Assembly (NCBI GenBank): GCA_051005175.1
Contig: JBPCJP010000171.1
Location: forward strand, 4,564-68,563
Source of the DNA: Gemmatimonadaceae bacterium
GTDB lineage: Bacteria > Gemmatimonadota > Gemmatimonadetes > Gemmatimonadales > Gemmatimonadaceae
Length of the DNA: 64,000 nucleotides
Reading direction: 5' to 3'
The notes below the pieces were generated by a model, which ran no database searches, had not been told where the DNA came from, and saw nothing but the letters and a program-made list of their open reading frames with translations. Positions within the stretch are counted from its first letter, which is position 1; the number at the start of each line of letters is the position of its first letter. Made by a program: the position numbers and the translations under genes. Shown piece after piece: positions 49,054 through 59,196 of the stretch.

Positions 49054-50469
49054 ATGAACAGATTGCTTCGCTTCTCCCTCCCCGTGGCCATCGCCGGTAT
49101 CGCCGGCTGCAGCACCATTCCGGCCACTCCTGTCGCGACTGCACCTGCAACCTCGGGCGTCCGCATCGACTACGTGCACGAGACGCTGCCCAACGGGCTT
49201 AACGTCATCTACCACGTCGATCGCACCGCTCCGATAGTCGCTGTCAACTCCTGGTACAACGTCGGCTCCAAGCACGAGCAGCTCGGCCGCACCGGACTCG
49301 CGCACCTCTACGAGCACATCATGCTCTTCAAGGGCTCGCGCAACATCCGCGACCAGGAGCGGTTCGCCCTCCTCGAGCAGGCAGGAGGGCGCGCCGGTGT
49401 CGAGATCAACGGCACGACGAGTTTCGACCGGACCAACTACTTCCAGCAGGTTCCGTCTAACCAGCTCGAGCTTGCGCTCTGGATAGAGGGCGACCACATG
49501 CGAACGGCAGGCGAAGCGCTGACGATCGAGGCGGTGAGTGCCCAGCGTGAGATCGTCAAGAACGAGCGCCGCCAGTCGAACGACAACCAGCCGTACGGCA
49601 GCTGGGTGGAAAGAATGGTTGGGCACGCATTCCCGGCCGGCCACCCATACAGCCATACGGTGATCGGGTCGATGGACGACCTGTCGGCCCAGACGCTCCA
49701 GGACGTGCAGACATTCTTCAGCCAGTACTACTCGCCCGACAACGCAGTGATGGTGATTGCGGGAGATATCGACATAGATCAGGCGAAGGCTCTCGTGAGA
49801 AAACACTTCGGGACTATCCCGCGGGGTCTTCCTCGTCCCGCGCTTCGCTCGACAGCTGTTCCCGCGACTATGGCAGCTCCACGGCGCGAAGTCGTGAATG
49901 ATGCAAACGCCAGGACCCCGGCCATTTTCATGGGTCATCGCGTTCCTCCAGCGCGCGCAGAAGGCTCGGCAGCAGTTTCTCTTCTCACCGCAGTTCTAGG
50001 CAGCGGCCGAAGCAGTCACCTCAATTCGACGCTCGTGCGCGAGCGGCAGGCTGCGACAAGCTCGACTGCATTCAACTTCGGTCTGGTCGAAGGCTCAGAT
50101 CTTTTGATAGCGAATGCCGTCGGCCGTCCCGGTGCGAATCCTGATTCAGTCGAGGCAGCACTTGCCAGCGCGCTCGATGCTGCAGTCGCCGCGATAACTC
50201 CCGAGCAGCTTGCCAGGGTGAAGGCGGCGGTACGTTTCCAGTTCGTCAACGGGCTTCAGACGATGGGTGGCTTCGGCGGCCGGGCAGATCGTCTCGCCGA
50301 GGGACAAACGTTCTACGAAGATCCCAACTGGGTAAATCGGCGTCTGACCGAGCTCGATGCTGTTTCCCTCGAGCAGCTGCGATCCCTCGCTTCCATGTAC
50401 ATCACACCGAATAACAGAGTGACACTAGTGTTCATTCCAGCTGCGCCAGCCGCGCCGGGAGGCAACTGA
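49054..50469 (+). CDS. M16 (pitrilysin-like) peptidase, catalytic subunit, lipoprotein
   Basis: Lipobox AGC; GLAHLYEH (HxxEH), NGTTSFDRTNY, VKNERR, HPY. Confidence 0.9.
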   Translation: MNRLLRFSLPVAIAGIAGCSTIPATPVATAPATSGVRIDYVHETLPNGLNVIYHVDRTAPIVAVNSWYNVGSKHEQLGRTGLAHLYEHIMLFKGSRNIRDQERFALLEQAGGRAGVEINGTTSFDRTNYFQQVPSNQLELALWIEGDHMRTAGEALTIEAVSAQREIVKNERRQSNDNQPYGSWVERMVGHAFPAGHPYSHTVIGSMDDLSAQTLQDVQTFFSQYYSPDNAVMVIAGDIDIDQAKALVRKHFGTIPRGLPRPALRSTAVPATMAAPRREVVNDANARTPAIFMGHRVPPARAEGSAAVSLLTAVLGSGRSSHLNSTLVRERQAATSSTAFNFGLVEGSDLLIANAVGRPGANPDSVEAALASALDAAVAAITPEQLARVKAAVRFQFVNGLQTMGGFGGRADRLAEGQTFYEDPNWVNRRLTELDAVSLEQLRSLASMYITPNNRVTLVFIPAAPAAPGGN

Positions 50470-51908
50470 TGCGTCGCAATCTCCTGACCGGCCTCGCCGT
50501 CATCGTGCTGTCAGTCCCGGCAATAGCCCAGGAGCCTGAGCGTGAGACTCCGCCGCCTCCGGGTCCGCTTCGTCCTTTCAGCGTTCCGCAGATCCGTGAA
50601 ACGCGCCTTCCGAACGGATTGCGGGTGGTGGTTGCAGAGCGCCGGTCGCTGCCGATCGTGCACGCCCGCATCATCGTGAACGCCGGCGCGATCAATGAGC
50701 CGGCAGACAAGAGCGGACTTGCAACCCTCACCGGAACTCTTCTTATCGAAGGTGGAGCGGGCGGAATGAACTCCGCCGAGCTTGCCCAGCGCATAGATGC
50801 TCTTGCGGCGCAGGTGGTTTCGTCCGCGAGCTTCAGTCTCGCGAACGTGAACGTCACATCGCTGAGCGGCGTGTTTGGTGATGCAATGGGTCTCGCGGCG
50901 ACAGCACTGCGTTCACCCTCGTTCGATGAGCGCGAGTTCGGACGCGTCCGTTCGCAGTTCCTTTCCGGATACGAGCAGTCGATGGCAAGCGCGGAAGGGG
51001 TCGCGAACAGGGTATTTTCACAGGCGATGTTCCGGCCGGAGGCGCCGTACTCGCGCAGCCCATCGGGCACTGCCACGACGCTCAACGCGATAACGCGCGC
51101 CGACGTTGTTGCATGGCATTCGCGGATGTTTGCGCCCGGTAATACGACGATTCTTTATGTCGGCGACATCGCCTTTGACGACGCGGTTGCGCTGAGCACC
51201 CGCCTTTTCGGCGACTGGTCGGCGCCTTCCCCCGCCGTCACGCTGCCTGCCAATCCGCTCCAGACCTCCGGCTCGACCCGCGTGATACTCGTCGACAGGC
51301 CGGGATCCGTGCAGTCAGCCATCTTCGTCGGCGTGCCGGGGATCGCGACGGTCGATGACGACTTCTTCAGAATGACAGTTCTCAACCGGATTCTTGGAGG
51401 AGGGTTTACCTCACGCATCAACACGAATCTGCGTGAGCGCCGCGGCTTCACGTATGGCGCAGGCACCCAGCTTTCTGCGCTCCAGAACGCCGGCACTTTC
51501 TTCGCGACGAGCTCGGTGAGGACCAATGCCACGGATTCGGCGCTCGTCGAAGTGATGAACGAGTACCAGCGGATTGCGGCCGAGGCGGTGCCGGCTGCGG
51601 AGTATCAGGCGGCTGTGAACAACATCGTCGCGAGCTTCCCTGCGTCGGTTCAGAGCGTGCAGGAACTTGCGAACCGCCTCCAGACCCTGCTGATCTACGA
51701 CATGCCGCTGGATTATTACAACACGTACCGCGAGCGACTGTCCGCCGTGACGGCGGGCGAGGTCCAGGCGATCGCCGCGCAGCGGCTAGTGCCGGGAGCG
51801 GTGACGATGGTCGTCGTGGGAGATCTGGCGACTATCGAGGCGCCGATCAGGGCGCGGAATTTCGGCAACGTCGAGGTATGGAGCCGGGAAGGGACGAAGC
51901 TCAGATAG
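50469..51908 (+). CDS. M16 peptidase non-catalytic partner subunit
   Basis: LPNGLRV, no HxxEH, ILGGGFTSRINTNLRERRGFTYG; TGATG coupling. Confidence 0.88.
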   Translation: MRRNLLTGLAVIVLSVPAIAQEPERETPPPPGPLRPFSVPQIRETRLPNGLRVVVAERRSLPIVHARIIVNAGAINEPADKSGLATLTGTLLIEGGAGGMNSAELAQRIDALAAQVVSSASFSLANVNVTSLSGVFGDAMGLAATALRSPSFDEREFGRVRSQFLSGYEQSMASAEGVANRVFSQAMFRPEAPYSRSPSGTATTLNAITRADVVAWHSRMFAPGNTTILYVGDIAFDDAVALSTRLFGDWSAPSPAVTLPANPLQTSGSTRVILVDRPGSVQSAIFVGVPGIATVDDDFFRMTVLNRILGGGFTSRINTNLRERRGFTYGAGTQLSALQNAGTFFATSSVRTNATDSALVEVMNEYQRIAAEAVPAAEYQAAVNNIVASFPASVQSVQELANRLQTLLIYDMPLDYYNTYRERLSAVTAGEVQAIAAQRLVPGAVTMVVVGDLATIEAPIRARNFGNVEVWSREGTKLR

Positions 51909-51982
51909 GCAGGTCGAGAGCATCGCAATTGATCTCACCACAACTTCGATATTACTGACCTACCGCATCTCGAGAGGCCCTG

Positions 51983-53545
51983 TTGACTGAGCTGCCATCG
52001 TCTGCCGCGCCCGCTCGAGCGGGCTGGTTAAATCGTTCGCTGACGTTCATCGAGCGGGTCGGCAATGCGCTCCCGCACCCGGGCACTCTCTTCGCGCTGA
52101 TGGCCCTGCTCGTAATCGTGGTTTCGGGAATCGCGGCCCAGTTCAACATCGTTGTCACGCATCCGGGAACTGGCGCGGAGATACGGCCCGTCAACCTCAT
52201 GTCACTCCCGGGGCTGCATCGCATTCTCGAGAGCATGGTGACGAACTTCACGAGCTTCGCCCCATTGGGAACGGTCCTCGTTGCGATGCTCGGTATCGGC
52301 ATCGCTGAAGGGAGCGGACTGATCGGTGCTGCGCTGCGGAAGCTCGTGATGGCGGCGCCCGCGCGGCTGCTCACGTTCGTGATCGTTTTTGCCGGTGTGA
52401 TGTCGAACACGGCGAGCGAGATCGGCTATGTGCTGCTGGTACCACTTGCTGCATCGATCTTCCTCGCGGCGGGACGGCATCCGCTGGTGGGACTGGCGGC
52501 AGCGTTCGCTGGAGTGTCAGGCGGGTACAGCGCAAACCTCCTTCTCGGTACTGTCGATCCGCTGCTGTCGGGACTCTCGGAGGAGGCGGCGCACATACTC
52601 GATCCGACGCGGGTCGTGAACCCGACGGCGAACTACTACTTCATGTTCGTGTCGACGTTCCTCATCTCCGCGGTCGGGACATGGGTGACTGAAAAGATCG
52701 TTGCGCCCCGGCTTGGCGAGTACACCGGCGACGAGAAGCCTGAGGGATTGCGGGACATGACACCCGAAGAGCGGCGTGGTCTCCGCTGGTCATTGTATGC
52801 GACGTTGACGATCGCCGTGCTGCTCCTGTGGTCCGCTCTGCCGGCGGGGACGATTCCCGGCGCTGGCTGGCTGCGCAATCCGGAGACCGGTGAGTTCCTC
52901 CGCTCGCCGTTCATGAGCAGCATCGTGGCAATCATCTTCATAACCGGCGCCGCGCTGGGTATCGCGTATGGAGTGGGCGCCGGCACCTACCGGAACGACG
53001 CCCAGGTGATGAACGGCATGGGCGCGGCGATGAAGACGCTGGGGCTCTACATGGTGCTCGTGTTCTTCGCGGCACAGTTCGTCGCCTACTTCAACTGGAC
53101 GAATCTCGGATTGATAGTCGCGGTAAAGGGTGCCGATGTTCTCAAGGCGAGCGGACTTGGTCCCGTTCCGCTGATGCTGAGTTTCGTGCTCGTTTCCGCG
53201 TTCATAAACCTGTTCATGGGGAGCGCATCGGCGAAATGGGCGATCATGGCGCCGGTGTTCGTGCCGATGTTCATGCTGCTGGGTTATTCGCCCGAACTGA
53301 CCCAGACGGCATACCGGATTGGCGACAGCACGACAAACATCATCTCTCCGATGATGACGTACTTCGCTCTCATTGTAGCGTTCGTGACCCGATACCAGCC
53401 GAAAGCGGGAATTGGTACGGTGATCGCGACGATGCTTCCCTATTCCATCGCGTTCATGGTGGTGTGGATGGTGATGCTGATGGTGTGGATGATGCTTGGT
53501 CTGCCTACCGGGCCGGGTGCACCGCTATTCATTGCGGGTAACTAG
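51983..53545 (+). CDS. AbgT-family transporter
   Basis: [42 protein letters not shown]. Confidence 0.92.
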   Translation: MTELPSSAAPARAGWLNRSLTFIERVGNALPHPGTLFALMALLVIVVSGIAAQFNIVVTHPGTGAEIRPVNLMSLPGLHRILESMVTNFTSFAPLGTVLVAMLGIGIAEGSGLIGAALRKLVMAAPARLLTFVIVFAGVMSNTASEIGYVLLVPLAASIFLAAGRHPLVGLAAAFAGVSGGYSANLLLGTVDPLLSGLSEEAAHILDPTRVVNPTANYYFMFVSTFLISAVGTWVTEKIVAPRLGEYTGDEKPEGLRDMTPEERRGLRWSLYATLTIAVLLLWSALPAGTIPGAGWLRNPETGEFLRSPFMSSIVAIIFITGAALGIAYGVGAGTYRNDAQVMNGMGAAMKTLGLYMVLVFFAAQFVAYFNWTNLGLIVAVKGADVLKASGLGPVPLMLSFVLVSAFINLFMGSASAKWAIMAPVFVPMFMLLGYSPELTQTAYRIGDSTTNIISPMMTYFALIVAFVTRYQPKAGIGTVIATMLPYSIAFMVVWMVMLMVWMMLGLPTGPGAPLFIAGN

Positions 53546-53569
53546 CCGGACTTTGTGAAGTTCCGGTAA

Positions 53570-54157
53570 CTACCTGCCGATTGCCCGGCGAACAGCGGCC
53601 GCGGTGCCTCCGCCTCCGCCGATGCTGATCCCGGCGTAAACGGTGTAGTAGCTCGTTTCGGATCCGCTGGATATGAAATGCGCGCCGATGAAGGGGCTCA
53701 CCTGCCGCATCGCATAGAGGATCCCCGCGCCCGCCCCGAATCCAACCTTTGTTTCCGAATCAGAATCACCGTTGGAGTAATCCGAGTCGTACTTGTGCTG
53801 GACGGCTCCTATTCCCCCGCGCACGTATGGCTTGAACGGACTGGATGAAGTCGCCCCGATCAGGTAGCTGAGCTCAGCCAGCAGCGCGGAGATGTTCGTG
53901 GCATCGTCGAGCTCGCCCTCGTAGGGAATGTGGGCATAACTTGCCGTCGCGCCGATTCCTAGTCCGGGCAGCGACGCAATCGGCGTGTCGAGTCCGGCAA
54001 AGCCCATCCAGCCGGTCTCTGTGTTGTCGCTGAGGTCACCGGCCCCCATCGCGATTCCGCCTCCCAGGTGGAAGCTCAGACCCTGTGCCTGAATGCTGCC
54101 GGACGACAATGCTACCGCTACGACGAGAGCTGCGAGAAAGAGCATGATGCGCTTCAT
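53570..54157 (-). CDS. Small outer-membrane beta-barrel protein
   Basis: Signal peptide; alternating beta strands incl. KPYVRGGIG, GFGAGAG. Confidence 0.7.
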   Translation of the reverse strand: MKRIMLFLAALVVAVALSSGSIQAQGLSFHLGGGIAMGAGDLSDNTETGWMGFAGLDTPIASLPGLGIGATASYAHIPYEGELDDATNISALLAELSYLIGATSSSPFKPYVRGGIGAVQHKYDSDYSNGDSDSETKVGFGAGAGILYAMRQVSPFIGAHFISSGSETSYYTVYAGISIGGGGGTAAAVRRAIGR

Positions 54158-54347
54158 CGATCCCCTCCGGATACGGTTTCGCTGCCGTCAGGTCCGTGTT
54201 AGCCCTGGCGCGCCGCGCCCAAACGATAGTTAACCGCCGTTTGAGCGCAGCAGTTTTCTATCTGGCGGGCGTGCTTCGCCTTGCCTTGTGCGCATTGGCC
54301 CGCACATTGGGGCGAAAACGCACATCGCGTGCAGCACCAGCTTGATT

Positions 54348-55520
54348 CTAGGTGGCCATCGCTCCAAGCATCCAGGCGCAGGCGAGCGCTCCATAGATGC
54401 CAAGTATGTAGCCGGCGACCGCCATCAGGAGTCCGACCGGCGCCATCGCCGGATGATAGACTCCCGCGACAACCGGCGCTGACGCGGCGCCACCGATGTT
54501 CGCCATGCTGCCGGTTGCAATGAAGAACAGCGGCGCGCGGACGATCCTTGCCGCCGTGAACATCACCGCGATGTGCACGAGGATCCAGACAACTCCTGCG
54601 GCTATGTAGAGCGGCGTTTGAACGATTGCGCGAAGATCAGCCTGCGCTCCGATAGCGCCGAGGAGGAGGTAGAGCGCTACGTATCCGATGCGCGACGCGC
54701 CCGTTTCCTCCAGCCGGCGAGCGGGGGTAAACGACAGCAGGAGACCTCCGGTCACGACGATGAGAACAGCCCATGTCGTGCGGCTGATGATGGTCGGATC
54801 ACCCAGTGCCGGCAGCTGACCGGATAACGCAAATGCCGCAACCGCACCGCCAAACCCGAGCCCGATGATCATCGCAAGATCGCGCAGCTCAGCCGGTTTC
54901 CGCTTCTGGTCGATCGCGGCGAGGCGCGCGTTCGTCTCCTCGATAACCTCCGTGCGGGCGCCGGTTCGCTGATCGTACCTGCGCTGCCACGTGCTGAGAA
55001 AAAGGAGAATCCCCATCCAGCCGTAACCGACGACGGTGTCGACGACTATGAGCGGACCAAGAACATCCTGCGGCGTGCCGACGCTCTGCGCGATGGCGAC
55101 CATGTTCGCCGTTCCGCCGATCCAGCTCCCGGACAGTGCGGCAAAGCCTTTCCATGCATCCGGCGGAAGAAAATTGCGAAAGATTAGAAACGATACTGCG
55201 GCACCGGCGATTACCCCGATCGTTCCTGCCACCATCATGAAGGTCGCCATCTTCCCGAGCTTGAGGATGCTCCGGAGGTCGACTGCGATCATGAGAAGCA
55301 GCAGCGCGACGAGAAGCAGGTAGCGCGTCATCCACGCATATGCGGGAGAGGCGAGGGGAATGATCCCCGCGGCGCTGGAGAGCGTTGGAACGAAATAGGC
55401 GAAGATCACGGGCGGCACTATCTCGAACGCTTTCCTGAATTTCGGCAGGCCGCTAAGCCAGAATACGAGGGCCAGCATTGCCGCGATGTAGCCGAAGACT
55501 GAGACGGGGTCAGAAATCAT
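54348..55520 (-). CDS. DUF819-family membrane protein
   Basis: GSWIGGTANMVA, SMANIGGAASAPVVA; multi-TM. Confidence 0.85.
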   Translation of the reverse strand: MISDPVSVFGYIAAMLALVFWLSGLPKFRKAFEIVPPVIFAYFVPTLSSAAGIIPLASPAYAWMTRYLLLVALLLLMIAVDLRSILKLGKMATFMMVAGTIGVIAGAAVSFLIFRNFLPPDAWKGFAALSGSWIGGTANMVAIAQSVGTPQDVLGPLIVVDTVVGYGWMGILLFLSTWQRRYDQRTGARTEVIEETNARLAAIDQKRKPAELRDLAMIIGLGFGGAVAAFALSGQLPALGDPTIISRTTWAVLIVVTGGLLLSFTPARRLEETGASRIGYVALYLLLGAIGAQADLRAIVQTPLYIAAGVVWILVHIAVMFTAARIVRAPLFFIATGSMANIGGAASAPVVAGVYHPAMAPVGLLMAVAGYILGIYGALACAWMLGAMAT

Positions 55521-55797
55521 AAGGGTAGATTCGTGAATCGCAGAAAACGCCGGGAGCTTCGCTTGCTGTTGGCTGTTAGCAATGTTAGCACTTGGCTGTT
55601 AGCCGTTTAGACTGACGAAAAAGCAACCGGCTGGGTTGAGGAATCAAAATATGGCTAACAGCCAAGCGCTAATATTGCTAGAAAATATGACTGGGCTGGC
55701 CTCCGGGTTCAGCGTGGGTTACCTCCTCACGATTGACCCGGAGTTGCCAGAGCCACAGGCGACGGTGCTACTGTCGCCATTCCACGGAGACCAGCCC

Positions 55798-56979
55798 ATG
55801 TCATCATCAATTCAAGCTTCAGGAGCAGTTCCCCCCTCCTCTACGATCTACATCGGAATGGATGTGCACAAGGACTCGGTCACTATCGCGGTCCTCCCGG
55901 CAGGTGCATCCGCTCCTACGAGAGTCGACCGGCTCCCGTCCGATTACGGCAAGCTCAGGCGATATCTCGCTCACATTGCTCGTGATGGAAATCTTAAATG
56001 CTGCTATGAAGCGAGCGGTGCGGGGTATGTGCTTCAGAGAGCCATGGTGGAGTGGGGCTTCGAGTGTGAGATCATCGCACCCTCTCTCATCCCTCAAAGA
56101 CCCGGAGTCCAGAGAAAGCATGATAAGCGGGACGCAACTGATCTCGCACGGCTTTACCGTGCGGGAGAGCTCACGACCATCAGGATTCCATCGCAGACAG
56201 AGGAAAGGGTCCGCGACATCGTCCGGCTTAGAGAGACGCTGCAGCGAGAGCTCATGAAGTCTCGCCACTATGTGCTCAAGTTCCTCACGCGGCGGGGTTT
56301 TGTCTTTCGGGAAGGAAAGCACTGGACAGGCCGCCACCTTACGTGGCTCAGAAAACTCGCGAGCGATTCCTCACCGATGACAGTCGAAGACCAGTTCGTG
56401 CTTGCGGAGCATCTCGCCCTGCTGGAGTACAAGCTCCACCGCCGCGACGAGCTCGACAAGAAAATCGAGGCCATGGCACTCCTGCCGTTCCTGGCCCCTG
56501 CGGTAAATCACCTGAGGTGCTTTCGCGGCTTTGCAGTGCACGGCGCGATGGTGCTGGCAACAGAGGTAGTCGACTGGAGGAGGTTCGAGACACCAGGACA
56601 GCTCTCAGCCTATCTCGGACTCGTTCCCCGGGAGAGATCCTCGGGATCGAGAGAAGCCAAAGGGTCGATCACCAAGGCTGGAAACACACACTGCCGCCAC
56701 ATACTGATTCAGGCAGCTTGGAGCTACCGTCATAAACCCAGACTCTCGGCCGAGCTGAAATCAAGACAGGAAGGGATGCCGGCTGCGGTGGTGGCGCAGT
56801 CCTGGAAAGCTCAGCAACGGCTCTACAAGCGATACCATCACCTGGCTTACCGGAAATCATCGCAGATCGCAGCAGTGGCCGTGGCTCGCGAGCTCGTAGG
56901 CTTTCTCTGGAGCGTTATGAAGGGTCTGCCGACCGCTTCACTCGAAGCGACATCGAATCGCAAACTGAAAGCAGCCTGA
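55798..56979 (+). CDS. IS110-family DEDD transposase/recombinase
   Basis: GGAGA RBS before ATG 55798; IGMDVHK, CYEAS, KHDKRDA (DEDD), AYLGLVPRERSSG, SITKAGN. Confidence 0.95.
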   Translation: MSSSIQASGAVPPSSTIYIGMDVHKDSVTIAVLPAGASAPTRVDRLPSDYGKLRRYLAHIARDGNLKCCYEASGAGYVLQRAMVEWGFECEIIAPSLIPQRPGVQRKHDKRDATDLARLYRAGELTTIRIPSQTEERVRDIVRLRETLQRELMKSRHYVLKFLTRRGFVFREGKHWTGRHLTWLRKLASDSSPMTVEDQFVLAEHLALLEYKLHRRDELDKKIEAMALLPFLAPAVNHLRCFRGFAVHGAMVLATEVVDWRRFETPGQLSAYLGLVPRERSSGSREAKGSITKAGNTHCRHILIQAAWSYRHKPRLSAELKSRQEGMPAAVVAQSWKAQQRLYKRYHHLAYRKSSQIAAVAVARELVGFLWSVMKGLPTASLEATSNRKLKAA

Positions 56980-57019
56980 AGAATGGAACAGGCCGATCGG
57001 CGTGTGCCCTGGCGCTCGA

Positions 57020-57190
57020 TGGAGAGAACTCTCGATGGCTGTTTGTGGCTGGTATCTGTCCAGACCCACGCCGCTAGAATGAGACAGCTCCCGACGAATC
57101 CAATTCTTGCCGCTCTGGCAGACAGCGCGAGCTGTGTTGCTAGCTGTGTTGCTAACCGGCGTATAGCAAAAGGATTAACCGTCGCTGCTT
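57020..57190 (+). ncRNA. Putative bridge/seek RNA in the IS right end (boundaries approximate)
   Basis: Two stem-internal loop-stem modules seen by eye; loop strands match target (TGGCTGTT, GCTA) and donor junction (TTCT, ATAGCA). Confidence 0.6.
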
Positions 57191-57355
57191 CTCCAGGCAC
57201 ACGTCCGATCGACCTTCAACAAAACCATCCGCCAGACCGGCCGCTTGACACCAGCCCAGTCATAGCAACAGCCAACAGCGGGCAAAGCCCCCGACGTTTT
57301 ACGGCAGGCGCTGGCGCGGCGAAAGGCGGCCGGGGAGCGCAGGTTATGATTAGCC

Positions 57356-57595
57356 ATGCATCCTGACGACTCGAACATCGAGGATGAGTTCCCGCTCGGC
57401 GACGGCACAGCCGACAACTCGGCTGATGCCGCCTGCCCGTACTGCGGCGAAAGCGTAACCATTGCGGTAGATCCGGGCGGTGGCAGCTTTCAGCAGTACG
57501 TTGAAGATTGCGAAGTGTGCTGCAACCCCTGGCAGGTGAGCTTGAGGTTCATTGACGGCATTGCGTCAGTCGAGCTCACGCCCATCGATTCCTGA
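57356..57595 (+). CDS. CPXCG-motif cysteine-rich small protein
   Basis: CPYCGE...VDP...YVEDCEVCCNPW. Confidence 0.85.
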   Translation: MHPDDSNIEDEFPLGDGTADNSADAACPYCGESVTIAVDPGGGSFQQYVEDCEVCCNPWQVSLRFIDGIASVELTPIDS

Positions 57596-57617
57596 GACGA
57601 TCAACGCCGGAGCATCA

Positions 57618-58136
57618 ATGTCCCGTCGACTGACTTACGCTGCCGCCGCGTCACTTCTGGCTTTTGCATCGGCGGAGACGGCAGCCGGGCAAGTGGTTGC
57701 ATCTCCCCCGGATCCCATTGTCGAACAGTACAGGCGGATTGCGACCGCAAAGTTTGTCGGCCGTGATACTGTCCCCCTGGCGAGAGCAGCAGCTCCTTCC
57801 TATATGGTCGTGACGCCGAATGGGCGCCAGGAAACACGCGGCCAGGCGATTCGTGGTATCCAGAATTTCCGAATCGATTCGATCGCTCTGTCTGAAGTAA
57901 CTGTTCAGCGAACAGCCGGGACTGCGGTGCTTCTCGCACATCTCACGCTGCATGGAGAGTTGCATGCCGATCTTCCAGACGGACGGCAGGCGCGCGCAAG
58001 CCTCACCGGACCGTACCGCGCACTCGCCGTTTTCACTCTGGTGGAAAGTGATTGGCGTCTCGTGGCGGAATCGGTGACACCTGTCCGCCCCCCCGGATCC
58101 CCCCACTCAATGAGACCGGGCGCGCCGCCCAATTGA
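57618..58136 (+). CDS. Secreted NTF2-like (DUF4440-like) protein
   Basis: Signal peptide; VVTPNG, GTAV, VF...WRLVA pattern. Confidence 0.6.
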   Translation: MSRRLTYAAAASLLAFASAETAAGQVVASPPDPIVEQYRRIATAKFVGRDTVPLARAAAPSYMVVTPNGRQETRGQAIRGIQNFRIDSIALSEVTVQRTAGTAVLLAHLTLHGELHADLPDGRQARASLTGPYRALAVFTLVESDWRLVAESVTPVRPPGSPHSMRPGAPPN

Positions 58137-58203
58137 TGCGGCGCACCGCCTCACGACAGACCGGTAATGATGCGGAACGACCGTTCCCCGGGCGGGGGCT
58201 CTA

Positions 58204-59076
58204 GTGTTTCGAATCCGCCGCGACAGGCGCAGCACGTCCGGAGAGGTGCCTGCGTCGCGCTTCGAGTGGATCGCAAGGATCGGCTATGCCGCCTGCGGCC
58301 TCGTCTACGTATCGATCGGTCTTGCCGCCGTCGCGGTCGCTCTCGGGCTGGCCGAGCATCCGAAAGGGTCGCGAGGCGTGATGATGCTCATTGCGCGCCA
58401 GCCCCTCGGCGAACTCGTAGTCGTTGCGCTCGGCGCGGGGCTCGCGGCGTACGCGATACTGAACATTGCCGGCGCGGTCAACGATCCGGAAAGAAGAGGC
58501 GCGACTTTTTCCGGGATCCTGATTCGCAGCGCCGATGCGTTGACGGGCGCGTTGTACATCGCGCTCGCGGTTGCGGCTCTTGCCATTGTCGTTGCGCCGG
58601 AGCGCAACGGTATGAGCGGCGCTGTGGCATGGGCGAACGGCGTACTCGTGCTTCCGTATGGGGCGACACTGCTTGGACTGATCGGCCTGGCACTTTTCGT
58701 CGGTGCGGCCTACCTGGTCTACAGGGCCTGGGATGAGCCGTTCGGCAACATGCTAGACCGGCGTTCCCTGTCCGCCGATGCGCGCTGGGCGATCGCTGTC
58801 GCGGCGCGTGTAGGCACTGTTGCCCGCGCGGTGATATTCGGCATCTGCGGTATGTTCGTCATCCGGGCGGCGGCCAGCGCGGCGCCGGATAGTGTCGCGG
58901 ATGTCGACGATGCGCTCGCGATGATCGGGCAGGCTGCGTTCGGGCCGCTGCTCCTCATCGTGGCGGGTGCCGGGTTCGTCGCCTACGGCGGGTATCAGCT
59001 CGCGAAGGCGAGGTATCAGCGGATCAGCGATTATGCCGCCGGCGCAAACGCCAACGAACTCACTGCTCCGCTGTAA
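58204..59076 (+). CDS. DUF1206 membrane protein
   Basis: ARIGYAACGLVY, QPLG, repeated ARVG..AR and FG..LL..G..AYG.Y motifs. Confidence 0.8.
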   Translation: MFRIRRDRRSTSGEVPASRFEWIARIGYAACGLVYVSIGLAAVAVALGLAEHPKGSRGVMMLIARQPLGELVVVALGAGLAAYAILNIAGAVNDPERRGATFSGILIRSADALTGALYIALAVAALAIVVAPERNGMSGAVAWANGVLVLPYGATLLGLIGLALFVGAAYLVYRAWDEPFGNMLDRRSLSADARWAIAVAARVGTVARAVIFGICGMFVIRAAASAAPDSVADVDDALAMIGQAAFGPLLLIVAGAGFVAYGGYQLAKARYQRISDYAAGANANELTAPL

Positions 59077-59134
59077 GGCCAGAGGCGTCACGAATAGTGA
59101 CATTCACCGATGCTCCGTTCAGGGCCACCGACTC

Positions 59135-59177
59135 TGTCAAGGGTTTGTCCAAGTATTACCTTGACATAAGCTCGACA
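59135..59177. promoter_or_regulatory. Putative CarH/LitR-type operator overlapping a TTGACA -35
   Basis: TGTCAA(59135)/TGTCCA(59146) and TTGACA(59161)/TCGACA(59172): two pairs of TnnACA motifs, each pair 11 bp apart, pairs in opposite orientation. Confidence 0.6.
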
Positions 59178-59196
59178 GCCGCCAATTATCCTTTTC

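Larger units (their letters stand above)
55681..57267 (+). mobile_element. IS110-family insertion sequence with sub-terminal inverted repeats (IS1111-like)
   Basis: 14-bp IRs tatgactgggctgg (55686-55699) and ccagcccagtcata (57251-57264); no obvious TSD; ends (+/-1 nt) defined by restoring the interrupted palindrome. Confidence 0.88.
55565..57279. repeat. Heptamer-built palindrome (left arm 55565-55604; right arm split into 55653-55680 and 57268-57279 by the IS)
   Basis: Reverse complement of left arm = ggctaacagccaagtgctaacattgctaacagccaacagc; rejoined right arm = ggctaacagccaagcgctaatattgcta|acagccaacagc (38/40). Confidence 0.85.

Noticed and set aside
55636-55797. N-terminal extension of the transposase
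   Set aside because: Starts outside the IS left end; the RBS supports ATG 55798.
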